Of a stretch of 64,000 nt of DNA, positions 49,380-58,571 are shown piece after piece. This DNA is from Nitrososphaerota archaeon. Lineage in GTDB: Archaea; Thermoproteota; Nitrososphaeria; PSMU01. The position numbers and the translations under genes are program-made. The stretch lies in assembly GCA_040290255.1 (NCBI GenBank), contig PSMU01000002.1:294303-358302 (forward strand). Direction: 5' to 3'. The notes beneath the pieces are model-generated. The model was not told the DNA's origin. It worked only from the letters and a program-made list of their open reading frames with translations, and made no database searches. Position 1 is the stretch's first letter; the number at the start of each line of letters is the position of its first letter.

Positions 49380-50315
49380 GTGGGGCCCATCATAAGGCGC
49401 CTCAGCCTGCCCAAGCCTCATATCAGGGACCCAAGGGACGTGAGGCTACTCTCGCTCCTCAGGCAGCAGCGGGGGAGCCAGGAGGCCCAGGTGGGCCTGC
49501 TGGCCCTGCCCTACGACGGCGCCTCGCTGGGCAGGAAGGGGGCCAGCGAGGGGCCTAAGGCCCTCCTTGAGGCGCTTCGCTTCTTTTCCTCCTACAGTCC
49601 CCCCGACGTGGACCTAAGGGCCCTGAGCATTCACGTCTTCGGAGAAGCGGCGCTGCAGGGCAAGGGGGTCCGGGAGGCGCACAGGATCGCCAGGAGGGCA
49701 GCGCTTCAGGTCCTGAGGCTCTCCCGCGTGGGCCTGTTCCTCGGGGGCGACCATTCGCTTACTTATCCCTGCTTTGCCGCGCTACTCTCGCTGGAGCCCC
49801 GCGCGCCGGCGCTGGTGTACTTCGACGCACACCTGGACCTAAGGCGGGGCCCTCCTTCGAGCGGGAACGGAATCGGAAGGGCGTTGGCGTTGGCCCGGGG
49901 GCGCGTTGCGGCCGTGAACGTGGGTGCCCGGCCCTTCAGCACGGCCCAGGCCTACTTTAGGAGGGCGCGCGAGCTGGGGCTCACGGTGATCACCAGCCAG
50001 CGGGCGATGGAGCTGGGGGAGGGCCTAGCCGAGGAGCTCCTGCGCCTCATCTCGGGCGCCGATGCCTTATACATCAGCGTCGATGCGGATGTGCTGGATG
50101 CCCCGTATGCCCCGGGCGTGAGCTCGCCCGGCATTTCGGGCTTTACGCCCCTGGCCCTAGGTCGCTGCCTCTTCGAGCTCGCGAGGCGCTGCCCGCTGAG
50201 GGCTGTGGACTTCTGTGAGCTCGCGCCCAGGCTCGACCCCAGCGGGGTTACAGCCCTCTCGCTGGCCCATGCCCTGGCCTGGCTGCTGGCCGGGCTGGCG
50301 CAGAAGCTCACCTAG
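49380..50315 (+). CDS. hutG: Ureohydrolase (arginase family), probable formimidoylglutamase
   Basis: GR.GA..GP, GGDHS.TY, DAHLD, SVDADVLD..APGVS.P and ELAP.LD motifs; divergent from hutH. Confidence 0.78.
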   Translation: MGPIIRRLSLPKPHIRDPRDVRLLSLLRQQRGSQEAQVGLLALPYDGASLGRKGASEGPKALLEALRFFSSYSPPDVDLRALSIHVFGEAALQGKGVREAHRIARRAALQVLRLSRVGLFLGGDHSLTYPCFAALLSLEPRAPALVYFDAHLDLRRGPPSSGNGIGRALALARGRVAAVNVGARPFSTAQAYFRRARELGLTVITSQRAMELGEGLAEELLRLISGADALYISVDADVLDAPYAPGVSSPGISGFTPLALGRCLFELARRCPLRAVDFCELAPRLDPSGVTALSLAHALAWLLAGLAQKLT

Positions 50316-50988
50316 CCCTCGCGTTTCCCCAGAGCAGTATGTGCAGCCTGGGCGACAGGTGGTACCCCCTTCTGGCGGCCTCGCCCTTTAACCACCTCAT
50401 GCGCCCTTCGATCGCCTCGGGAGCCGTGCCCTCGGGCATGAGCAGCACCCTGCAGGGGGGCAGCTCGAGCTCGCTCACGAGGGCGTCCACCTCGAGCAGG
50501 TCGGCGGGCTCCACGACGACGAACTTAAAGTAGCTGTTGGGCAGGCGGGCGAAGCAGCGAAGCGCGGGCCACTTCAGCCTGGCCTCGAACGGGTTGCCCG
50601 AATTCCCCAGCTTCGGCGAGACGTTCCACTGGGCCACCAGCCCTAAGAGCCCCGGCGGCGGAGGCACGGTGCCGTTCGTCTCCACCTCCACGTAGTAGCC
50701 CTCGAGCCTCCTCAGCAGAGGCTCCAGCCTCTTCGCCTGCAGGAGGGGCTCCCCGCCCGTGACCACCAGATGCTTGATGGCGTAGGACCTGATGGCCTCT
50801 TCGACCTCCTCCAGCGGCATGGGCCTGACCTCCTTCGCCATATCATATGTGGACCAATCCCAGGTGTACTTCGTATCGCACCAGGAGCACTTGAGGTTGC
50901 AGAAGGCCAGCCTCAGGAAGACGGCGGGCTCCCCCGCCTTAGGGCCCTCGCCCTGCAGGCTGCCGAAGATCTCCGACACGAAGAGCAT
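50308..50988 (-). CDS. queE: 7-carboxy-7-deazaguanine synthase
   Basis: EIF.SLQGEG...G.P.VF.RL..CNLKCSWCDT, TGGEPL, ETNG, SPK and RLH..LWG motifs. Confidence 0.92.
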   Translation of the reverse strand: MLFVSEIFGSLQGEGPKAGEPAVFLRLAFCNLKCSWCDTKYTWDWSTYDMAKEVRPMPLEEVEEAIRSYAIKHLVVTGGEPLLQAKRLEPLLRRLEGYYVEVETNGTVPPPPGLLGLVAQWNVSPKLGNSGNPFEARLKWPALRCFARLPNSYFKFVVVEPADLLEVDALVSELELPPCRVLLMPEGTAPEAIEGRMRWLKGEAARRGYHLSPRLHILLWGNARAR

Positions 50989-51078
50989 GCCTTTCCGCGA
51001 GCTGTGAATGCCCTCCCCTTAAATGGTTAGTCCCGGGCGCAACGGTAGGCTTATGTAGCCTTAAGGGCAGCGGCATGC

Positions 51079-51477
51079 GTGAAGTACAGGCTGCTCGACC
51101 TGCTGGCCTGCCCCATAGACAAGGCCTTCCCCCTCAAGCACTACTTCCTTAAGGTGGAAAAGAGGTACCCGGAGAGGGCCTTCGAGAGGCCGCTGTGCAC
51201 GCTTTACTGCTCCCTCAATTCTAAGGAGGTCAGGGAGCTGGACCCCCAGGCCTTGGCCAAGGACTGCTCAAGATGCGTGAGCTTTGAGATCACGGAGGCG
51301 CTGCTCGTATGCCCGGCGTGCAATAGGTGGTTCCCCGTGATAGATGACATACCCCAAATGCTGCCGGACGAGCTCAGGGATAAGGAAGCGGACCTGGCCT
51401 TCCTGAGGGCCCATAAGGACGAGCTGCCCGCCGAGGTCCTCAGGGCGGGCCGCCCCTTTGGCCTGGAGGGGACCTAG
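51079..51477 (+). CDS. Trm112-like methyltransferase activator (archaeal long form)
   Basis: MKYRLLDLLACP.DK.FPL ... C..C.RW.P....IP.MLPDELR pattern. Confidence 0.88.
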   Translation: MKYRLLDLLACPIDKAFPLKHYFLKVEKRYPERAFERPLCTLYCSLNSKEVRELDPQALAKDCSRCVSFEITEALLVCPACNRWFPVIDDIPQMLPDELRDKEADLAFLRAHKDELPAEVLRAGRPFGLEGT

Positions 51478-52745
51478 GGCCAGACGCCCAAGGACTTTAT
51501 CGCATCGGCCACCCTCTGCACGGCCAAGCCCAGGGCGCCCATCCTCATCGTCGCGTTATACTTCTTGGCCATCTCGGCCGTGTCCCTGAAGCTCTTTACC
51601 ATCCTGCGCTCCAGCTCCGCCACGATCCTCTGCTCCTCCCACCTTTCGCGCGTCAGGTTCTGCACCCACTCGAGGTACGAGACCGTCACGCCGCCCGCAT
51701 TGGCCAGGATATCGGGGATCACCAGCACGCCGTTCTTTGCCAGTATGGCATCGGCCTCGGGCGTGGTGGGCCCGTTGGCCATCTCGATCACGACCTTGGC
51801 CTTCACCTTGCCCGCGTTCTTGGCCGTGAGCTGGTTCTCCAGCGCGGCCGGGGCCAGGATATCGACGTCCAGCGCGAATAGCTCGTCCTCCGGGATCGTC
51901 TGGGAGCCTGGAAACCCCACGACCGAGCCCGAGCTCTTCTTATACTCTAGGAGCCTGACGGGGTCAAGGCCCTGGGGGCTATAGGCCGCGCCCTTTGAGT
52001 CCGCGACGGCCACGATCTTGGCGCCCGCTTCATGAAGATAAAGGGCCAGGTTGGAGCCCACGTTCCCGAAGCCCTGAATGGCCACCGTGGCCCCCTTGAG
52101 GCTCATGTTCAGCTGGCGCGCCGCCTCCCTCGCTATGAAGAAGCCCCCAAGGCCCGTCGCCTTCTCCCTGACGTAGGAGCCGCCCACCTCGATGGGCTTG
52201 CCCGTCACCACCTCCGGGGCCAAGTAACCCCTCATCTGGCTGTAGGTGTCCATGATCCAGGCCATCACCTGCGCATCGGTGTACACATCGGGCGCCGGGA
52301 TATCCCTATAGGGGCCTATGACGTCGATGATGGAGGCGATGTAGCGCCTCGTGACCCTCTCCAGCTCGGAGGGCGAGAGCTCCTTGGGGTTGCAGTTCAC
52401 GCCCCCCTTTGCGCCGCCGAAGGGCAGGTCAAGAAGGGCGCACTTCCAGGTCATCCACATGGCCAGCGCCTTCACCTCGTTCAGGTCGACCTGCGGATGG
52501 TACCTTATGCCCCCCTTGTATGGGCCGCGCGCGTCGTTGTGCTGCACCCTATAGCCCACGAAGACCTTTATCTCGCCCGAGTCAAGGCGCACGGGCACGG
52601 CCACCTCGATGATCCTCTTGGGCACCTTCAGGTACTCATGTATGCCGGGGTCGAGCCCTATGAGCGAAGCGACCTGCTCCAGCTGCTTGAGGGCGTTCTC
52701 ATAGGGGTTGAGCTCCGCGCGCCGCCTCTGAACGGAAACCTGCAA
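51474..52745 (-). CDS. gdhA: Glutamate dehydrogenase
   Basis: RGPYKGGIRYHP, PFGGAKGG, DIPAPD, TGKP, QGFGNVG and PDILANAGGV motifs. Confidence 0.95.
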   Translation of the reverse strand: MQVSVQRRRAELNPYENALKQLEQVASLIGLDPGIHEYLKVPKRIIEVAVPVRLDSGEIKVFVGYRVQHNDARGPYKGGIRYHPQVDLNEVKALAMWMTWKCALLDLPFGGAKGGVNCNPKELSPSELERVTRRYIASIIDVIGPYRDIPAPDVYTDAQVMAWIMDTYSQMRGYLAPEVVTGKPIEVGGSYVREKATGLGGFFIAREAARQLNMSLKGATVAIQGFGNVGSNLALYLHEAGAKIVAVADSKGAAYSPQGLDPVRLLEYKKSSGSVVGFPGSQTIPEDELFALDVDILAPAALENQLTAKNAGKVKAKVVIEMANGPTTPEADAILAKNGVLVIPDILANAGGVTVSYLEWVQNLTRERWEEQRIVAELERRMVKSFRDTAEMAKKYNATMRMGALGLAVQRVADAIKSLGVWP

Positions 52746-52779
52746 GGCATTCGGCCGCGGGGCGACTTATATTTTAACG

Positions 52780-53481
52780 TTATACCGCCGGCCGGCCCTC
52801 GGCCAGGGCCCTGCACATTTTGTCGAGGGTGGCGGGCCAGTCCTGCGCGAGGACGATGCCGCTGGCCACCAGCACCCCCTCCGAGCCCAGCCTCAGCGCC
52901 GCGCGCACATCCTCCTCGCCTGTGATGCCCGCCCCGCAGAGGACATGCGTGCCCGGCGCCGCCGCCCTGACCAGCTCGACGCCCCTCGAAATGAGCTCCG
53001 GCCTTGCCCTCGAAACGGCCGTGCCGGTGGCGATCAGCTCGGGGGGCTCCAGCGCCAAGAAGTCAGGCCTCAAGGCGGCCAGGCGCGAGGCCTCGGCGGC
53101 ATCGGCCGCGCAGAGAACGGGGGCGAGGCCCTGCTCCCTCAGAAGCTTCACCGCCCTCTCGATGCTCTCCTGGTCGAGCCTGTGCTCGCTGTGGTTGAGC
53201 AGCGAGCCCGAGATGCCGAGGGCGGCCAGCGCTTCGGCCGTTACGTAGCCGGTGGTGCGCTCGCCGCGCACGGGGTCCACGTGCTGCGCGAGCAAGGGCA
53301 GGCGCGTCCTCCGGGCAAGATAGTAAAGCAGCGGCGCAGGCGGGGCCAGGGCGACGCAGACCTCATGCCTCTTGGCCGCCGCCTCGGCCCACCGGGCGAG
53401 CACGGCGGAGGAGGTGCCCAGCGTCCGCCCGTAGTTCTTTAGGTTTATTATGAGCAGGGGAGCCCTAAGCGCCCGGCGCAA
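52780..53481 (-). CDS. tpiA: Triosephosphate isomerase, archaeal type
   Basis: NLKNY, AQHVD, NHSEH, EPPELI.TG, CGAGI and GVLVASG motifs. Confidence 0.92.
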   Translation of the reverse strand: MRRALRAPLLIINLKNYGRTLGTSSAVLARWAEAAAKRHEVCVALAPPAPLLYYLARRTRLPLLAQHVDPVRGERTTGYVTAEALAALGISGSLLNHSEHRLDQESIERAVKLLREQGLAPVLCAADAAEASRLAALRPDFLALEPPELIATGTAVSRARPELISRGVELVRAAAPGTHVLCGAGITGEEDVRAALRLGSEGVLVASGIVLAQDWPATLDKMCRALAEGRPAV

Positions 53482-54598
53482 GCGGCCCCGCCAGCTCCTT
53501 CATGGTCTTAAACCTGCCCTCCAGCTTCTTCATGACGCGGGGCATGGTAGTATACTCCATCTCCTCGGGCCCCAGGCGGTGGGGCATGAAGGGACCCTGC
53601 CTCCTGAGGTAGTCCACGACTTCGTTCGCCCTCTGCCTCGCCAGGTCGAAGGCCGGGTCATCGAAGAGGTCGACGGGGCCTATGAGCCTGCCCTCGGCGA
53701 GCTGGAAGCCTAAGGCCACCACCCTTGGGGGGCCATCGAACCTAGTGCACTGGGCATACTTGAGCGGGACGGGCATGAGCGGACCATGATGTGAGCCCCG
53801 CAGCCAGCCGGCCACGAGATGTGGCGTCGCGAAGGCCTCGAGCACCTCGCCTACGGCCGGAAGCCCGTGCTGCGTCCTCACAAGACAGACGGGATCGTCC
53901 TTGCCCACGTATCTGCCCGCGATCAGCGACATGCGCGTCGTGCTCGAAACGGCGCAGAGCAGGCCATCGGCCCTCCTGTACACCTGATAGACCACATATC
54001 TGCCCGGCGTGCCTATGAGCGCCAGGAGATCGTAAAGCTCTTCGGGCGTCCTGAGGTCCACGTACTTGTCCTCCATGACATCCATAACCCTGAAGATGAA
54101 GCCCTCATGCATCCTATCATCGATGACGAGGCCCGGCGTGTTGAAGGGGTCCGCGAAGATCTTGTACAGCGGCAGGTTCCAGGCCCCCGGCTCCGTCTTG
54201 TCGGCCATGAAGATGATGATGGGCTCGCTGGGCCTCTCCTCGAACTCCGCCTCCGCGTAGCTGGGCCCCATGCCCCTGAGGTTGCCTGAGAAGGCGGTGG
54301 AGATGAGGTCCTGGCCCGCGCCGTAGAGATGATACTTCCTGGAGACCCTTTCGGTCACCTCCTGAAAGACGCGCCAGGCGAGGCCATGTACCTCCTTCGA
54401 GTCCGGCCCCTTCGGGTGGGTCATTATCAGCTCCAGGTCATCGCCGGCATGCGTCACGTGGTAATCCAGCAGAAGGCCCTGGCCCTTCGCCTCCTCCAGA
54501 AGCTGGGCCGCTAGCTTAAGCTGCTCGGGATGCGTCTGCGAGTGGCCCACGAGCGACCCCACGTCCGCCTTGATTACGGAGAGGGTGACCCTAGCCAA
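53465..54598 (-). CDS. fbp: Fructose-1,6-bisphosphate aldolase/phosphatase
   Basis: SVIKADVGS..GH, GDD, YGAGQD, DKTEPGAWN, GKDDP, RGSH.GP, FDGPPR and EMEYT motifs. Start is TTG 54598. Confidence 0.95.
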   Translation of the reverse strand: MARVTLSVIKADVGSLVGHSQTHPEQLKLAAQLLEEAKGQGLLLDYHVTHAGDDLELIMTHPKGPDSKEVHGLAWRVFQEVTERVSRKYHLYGAGQDLISTAFSGNLRGMGPSYAEAEFEERPSEPIIIFMADKTEPGAWNLPLYKIFADPFNTPGLVIDDRMHEGFIFRVMDVMEDKYVDLRTPEELYDLLALIGTPGRYVVYQVYRRADGLLCAVSSTTRMSLIAGRYVGKDDPVCLVRTQHGLPAVGEVLEAFATPHLVAGWLRGSHHGPLMPVPLKYAQCTRFDGPPRVVALGFQLAEGRLIGPVDLFDDPAFDLARQRANEVVDYLRRQGPFMPHRLGPEEMEYTTMPRVMKKLEGRFKTMKELAGPLAPGA

Positions 54599-54682
54599 GC
54601 TGCGCGGCACGGGAGACCACGAAATAAAAGGCTTCCGCCCAGGGCCAGTAACCTTATATGCGGCGAAGCGCGCCAAGCTATC

Positions 54683-55873
54683 ATGAGCAGAAGGGTGGCC
54701 GTGGTCGGCGTGGGCCACTCGAAGTTCGGCAAGAGGAGCGATGCGCTGCTGGAGGGGCTCGCCAGGGAGGCCGTGCAGGAGGCGCTGGATGACGCGCGCC
54801 TCTCGCCTAGGGATGTTGAGTTCCTATATGTCTCCAACACGGGCCTTTCGCACGATTCGCTTCCAGCCGTAGAGGTGGCCGAGGCCTGTGGGCTGACGCC
54901 CAAGGGCTCTATGAGGATAGAGGCGGCCTGCGCCTCGGGCAGCGCGGCGGTCTACGCCGCGTATATGGCCATAAGGTCGGGCCTCATAGATGTGGCGCTC
55001 GTCGTGGGCGTCGAGAAGATGACCGAGCTGCCCACGCCCGACATGGTGGAGCTAATAGGCAGGGCAGGAAACTACCTCTGGGAATTTCAGCACTTCGGGC
55101 TCACGTTTCCGGGCTACTATGCCCTTTACGCGACCGCCTACCTGCACGCATACCCGGCGGCCAGGCCCGAGGATCTCGCGGAGGTGGCCATAAAGAACCA
55201 TCACTACGGCGCGCTCAACCCTAAGGCCCACATGCGGAGGCCGATAACACTGGATGAGTACTTAGGCTCCAAGATGATCGCCTGGCCGCTCAGGCTCTAC
55301 GACTGCACGCTCATCTCCGACGGGGCAGCGGCCGTGGTGCTGGCCGGGGAGGAGCTCGCGAGGAGGCTCTCGGATGCGCCGGTATGGATCGAGGGCCTGG
55401 CCGGGGCGACGGGCACGTACAACCTGAGCCTGAGGGGTGATTTCTTAGGGCTCGAGCCCGCCGCGCTGGCCGCGAAGGAAGCCTATAGGCGGGCGGGGAT
55501 CGATTGGGAGAACCCCACCTCCCAGCTGGACGTGGCCGAGGTCCATGACTGCTTCACGATCGCGGAGCTGCTGGCCTACGAGGACCTGCACTTCTGCCCA
55601 AGGGGCGAGGGGTATAAGCTCGCCAGGGAGCGCCAGACCTACGCAGGGGGCAAGATAGGCGTCAACTTGGATGGGGGGCTTAAGGCCAAGGGCCATCCCA
55701 TAGGAGCGACGGGCGTGAGTATGTACGTGGAGGTGACGCGGCAGCTGCAGGGCAGGGTCGAAAAAGGAAGGCAGGCTCCCATCAGGAGGGGCCGCGGGCT
55801 CGTGCACAACGTGGGCGGGACGGGCCACTACGCATACGTGGGCATAGTCTCACTGGGGGAGGGGAAGGCATGA
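54683..55873 (+). CDS. Archaeal thiolase (acetyl-CoA acetyltransferase)
   Basis: EAACASG, GVEKM, KNH, SDGAAA, EVHDCFT, GHPIGATG and HNVGG motifs. Start is ATG 54683. Confidence 0.9.
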   Translation: MSRRVAVVGVGHSKFGKRSDALLEGLAREAVQEALDDARLSPRDVEFLYVSNTGLSHDSLPAVEVAEACGLTPKGSMRIEAACASGSAAVYAAYMAIRSGLIDVALVVGVEKMTELPTPDMVELIGRAGNYLWEFQHFGLTFPGYYALYATAYLHAYPAARPEDLAEVAIKNHHYGALNPKAHMRRPITLDEYLGSKMIAWPLRLYDCTLISDGAAAVVLAGEELARRLSDAPVWIEGLAGATGTYNLSLRGDFLGLEPAALAAKEAYRRAGIDWENPTSQLDVAEVHDCFTIAELLAYEDLHFCPRGEGYKLARERQTYAGGKIGVNLDGGLKAKGHPIGATGVSMYVEVTRQLQGRVEKGRQAPIRRGRGLVHNVGGTGHYAYVGIVSLGEGKA

Positions 55874-56376
55874 GCGGGGAGGTCGTCGACGAAGCGAGGG
55901 CCAAGAGGCTGCTCGAAGCCGGCATACCCGTTAAGCTGGAGCCCGGCGAGGGGCTCGTGCTCTCCGATGCCAGGGAGCTGAGGCTACGCTATAGGCTGCC
56001 GGCCAAGCCGCTGCTGTCCTTTTTGGAGGGGCTTGCCAGAGGCGCGCTCGTGGGCAGCAAATGCTCACGCTGCGGGCTCGTGGCCTTCCCACCCGTTGAA
56101 GCGTGCACCGCCTGCGGCTCCGAGGCCAAGCCTCACGAGCTGAGCGGCGAGGCCACGCTGCTTACCTACACGCAGATCTCAGCGAAGCCTTCCTCCTTTC
56201 AGCACTATGATGATTATATCGTGGCCGTAGGCCGCCTGAAGGAGGGGCCCGCGCTCGTGGCCTGGCTGGAGGGCGCGGCCCTGAGCGATATAAGCCCGGG
56301 CGGGAAGCTCAGGGTTAGGGTCAAGAAGAGGAACCCGGAGGGGTTCCTCACGTACTCCTTTTTTCTAGTAAGTTAA
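55870..56376 (+). CDS. DUF35 Zn-ribbon/OB-fold protein (thiolase partner); last codons supplied by the integrated element
   Basis: KCSRCG...FPP...C..CG followed by an OB fold; ATGA overlap with the thiolase stop. Confidence 0.88.
   Translation: MSGEVVDEARAKRLLEAGIPVKLEPGEGLVLSDARELRLRYRLPAKPLLSFLEGLARGALVGSKCSRCGLVAFPPVEACTACGSEAKPHELSGEATLLTYTQISAKPSSFQHYDDYIVAVGRLKEGPALVAWLEGAALSDISPGGKLRVRVKKRNPEGFLTYSFFLVS
56352..56361 (+). repeat. Left att core / direct repeat GTACTCCTTT
   Basis: Identical to 59568-59577 and marks the GC shift. Confidence 0.85.
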
Positions 56377-56379
56377 AGT
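56365..56379 (+). repeat. Left inverted arm CTAGTAAGTTAAAGT
   Basis: 14/15 match to the reverse complement of 59541-59555. Confidence 0.8.
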
Positions 56380-56436
56380 TTAAATTCTCCAAGGCCTTTT
56401 CCCAATACCTTCATCATCTCCGTGCCTTTTTTAAAA

Positions 56437-56715
56437 TCAAATGAGCCTCCAGCTCAATAGCTTAATCGATATCCCATTAGAGCCGCTAAGGAAAGACCTT
56501 ATGCGTGGGCTGTCCTTTCGCTTCATCTCATACCAAGCCCTTAGAGTAGCTATAACCACATCATCATCAACAACAACTATTAGCTTATCTTTACATAGCT
56601 TAATCCCTTTCAGACGAGCGACCTTAACTCCGTGAGTGGCTTGTTTGGGCTTGATGATAGGGAATCTCCTCCTAGCCCACCTATCGTTGATTAGGTATTC
56701 GACTATCAGCTCCAT
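56437..56715 (-). CDS. Element hypothetical protein (basic; 3' end possibly frameshifted)
   Basis: 92 aa, with TGATG coupling to the upstream gene. An alternate frame continues GGSFDFKKGTEMMKVLGKGLGEFKL* to 56373. Confidence 0.55.
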   Translation of the reverse strand: MELIVEYLINDRWARRRFPIIKPKQATHGVKVARLKGIKLCKDKLIVVVDDDVVIATLRAWYEMKRKDSPRIRSFLSGSNGISIKLLSWRLI

Positions 56716-57224
56716 CAGTAGAATCGGCCCGTCCTCTCCTCTTCCTTAGGCCTTTTGGCCTCTTCGATTTGCTTTTCCAAAAGCTTTAGCCTTAATCTCT
56801 CCTTCCCGGTCTTTAATTTTACCTGCTCGGCCGACTCCTGAAAGACAGACCTTAAGCTATCTATTATGGTGAGGGGCCTTACTCCTTTATAGGTCTGTTG
56901 GTGTGAGGCTTCTTCGCTTGGCTCGGGCTCTGGCTCGGCATCTAAGCTAGGTTGATGGGTTGTCTCCTCCTTGACTAACGAGCCCTTCTCGTCATAGTAG
57001 CGCTTAACGATTCGACCATCGTATAGCTCTTCTTTCTCCATTCTATACTTAGGCCTAGGCCTTTCCTCATGAGCGACTCCAATAGGTTCTTCTTCTCTAA
57101 AACGGAGGATTTGAAGCCTTCCTCTAAAGCCGGGGAAGGCATCACGGAGATTTTGTCGGATGGTTTGGAGGTTACGTCTAAACACATCGAAGTCGAATTC
57201 GTCCCTCCTCCTAGACCTAGACAT
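56715..57224 (-). CDS. Element hypothetical protein (charged, EP-rich linker, C-terminal coiled coil)
   Basis: ATG 57224 is preceded by an SD-like GGAGGAGTGA and overlaps the upstream gene stop. Confidence 0.65.
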   Translation of the reverse strand: MSRSRRRDEFDFDVFRRNLQTIRQNLRDAFPGFRGRLQILRFREEEPIGVAHEERPRPKYRMEKEELYDGRIVKRYYDEKGSLVKEETTHQPSLDAEPEPEPSEEASHQQTYKGVRPLTIIDSLRSVFQESAEQVKLKTGKERLRLKLLEKQIEEAKRPKEEERTGRFY

Positions 57225-58187
57225 ACTTATCACTCCTCCTCGACCCACTCAACATTCTCATAGCGGCCGAGGGCTCATAGGGCTCGGCTTCCTCTTCCCC
57301 CTCCTCTCTATAAGGTCGTCCCATTGCCCGTATCAGCTTGCCTAAGCCCTCCAATCGCCGGTCTATCATCTTAAGCCCCTCCATCTGAACCTCGTATTGC
57401 GAAATGGTTTTATGGTCGCTTCTTAGACGCTCTAGCTCGCTCTTTATGAAGTTCGGCTCCTTCTCCATAATTTCTTTATCCTTTTGTGCGATTTGGTCTC
57501 TAAGCTTAGTATTCTCCTCTATTAGCTCATCAAGGCGGTCCTCTAGGCGAGAAAGCCTATCATTATCGCTAGTATCCGGGGGTTAGGTGGATTGATTTTA
57601 GCCTTCAGTTCTTCCCACTTCATAAACTTATCGAATAGGTCGCCACTTTCTTCCTTCGTTACCTTATAGCCCATAGCCCCTAGCCTCCGCTTAGTCTCCA
57701 TCAATTCATCATCCTCATAGATTGGATGCCTGAACGAAGCCTCATAATCGGAAGGCTTTAATTCCCTTTTGATATCGGATGGAATAGGCTCACCACGCCT
57801 AAGACTCCAATAGAATAGTGATATTATAGCATCGATTACGTCTCGAGAGGCATAGCTTTTCTTTAAGGCATAGTACACGCTTTTTACATCATAGCCCAAT
57901 TCATCGCAAAACTTCATTACAACATCAATATTACGGAAGCGGATGGAAGTAAGAAAGCCCTTCAGAGTGTCCTTTTCAGTCGGAATGATGGGCGCCCCCT
58001 CCTCGGGTAAGGGGCTCTCCTCTTTTCTAGACAATGGAGTCCTATGAGAGCGAAGCTTATGGCCCTTTAGGCTTACCTCGCTATTGAAGCCCTTACCACA
58101 TATTTCACAAGCATAATCAGACTCGATATCAGCTTCTGATTTCGCCTCTTGAATCTCGATATCTTCGAGCTTAGCGGGCCTAACCAC
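57217..58187 (-). pseudogene. C2H2 zinc-finger + coiled-coil protein split by a 1-nt frameshift at G5 (57578-57582)
   Basis: YACEICGKGF..EVSLKGHKLRSH finger. The shifted frame opens exactly at the C-run (TAA CCC CCG GAT) and reads DRLSRLEDRLDELIEENTKLRDQ... into the 83-aa ORF. Confidence 0.7.
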
Positions 58188-58201
58188 TCTCCATCATCCT
58201 C

Positions 58202-58297
58202 CTAACTGCCTCCCTCCCCCTTCTCGGTAATCGCCAGTTCACCGACAATCTTAAGCCTCACATATTTTGACTTCTCCAAAAGCTCTCTAAACTCCAC
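58202..58297 (-). pseudogene. Short or 5'-truncated ORF VEFRELLEKSKYVRLKIVGELAITEKGEGGS
   Basis: Ends directly at the SD (AGGAGG) of the Zn-finger gene, suggesting a remnant operon member. Confidence 0.35.
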
Positions 58298-58356
58298 CCT
58301 CTTCCGAAAAGAAGGGGGTATGCCGAACGCTTGGCTTCGAGGATAATAACGAAGGT

Positions 58357-58518
58357 ATGCGGCGGCTAATCCGTAAGCTAAATGGGGTATTCCTACACGA
58401 GTTCATTCATCACATCCTACACGTCGAAGGGCTTGAATGCGACATTCCCGGGCCCGCGCTCGAGAAGCGGGTGGAGCGGGCCGTCGTCGCTATGCTGAGG
58501 GAAAAATCGGAGGAGTGA
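58357..58518 (+). pseudogene. HExxH zincin-like fragment
   Basis: MRRLIRKLNGVFLHEFIHHILHVEG...EKRVE; the frame is open upstream only to about 58291. Confidence 0.5.
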
Positions 58519-58571
58519 GGCTAGTAAGCTATGAAAAGGCTTAAGTATTTTACTTGTTCACCTTAATTACA

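Noticed and set aside
54530-54718. Apparent head-to-head overlap of fbp and thiolase
   Set aside because: An artefact of longest-ORF starts. The real starts at 54598 and 54683 leave an 84-bp divergent promoter region.
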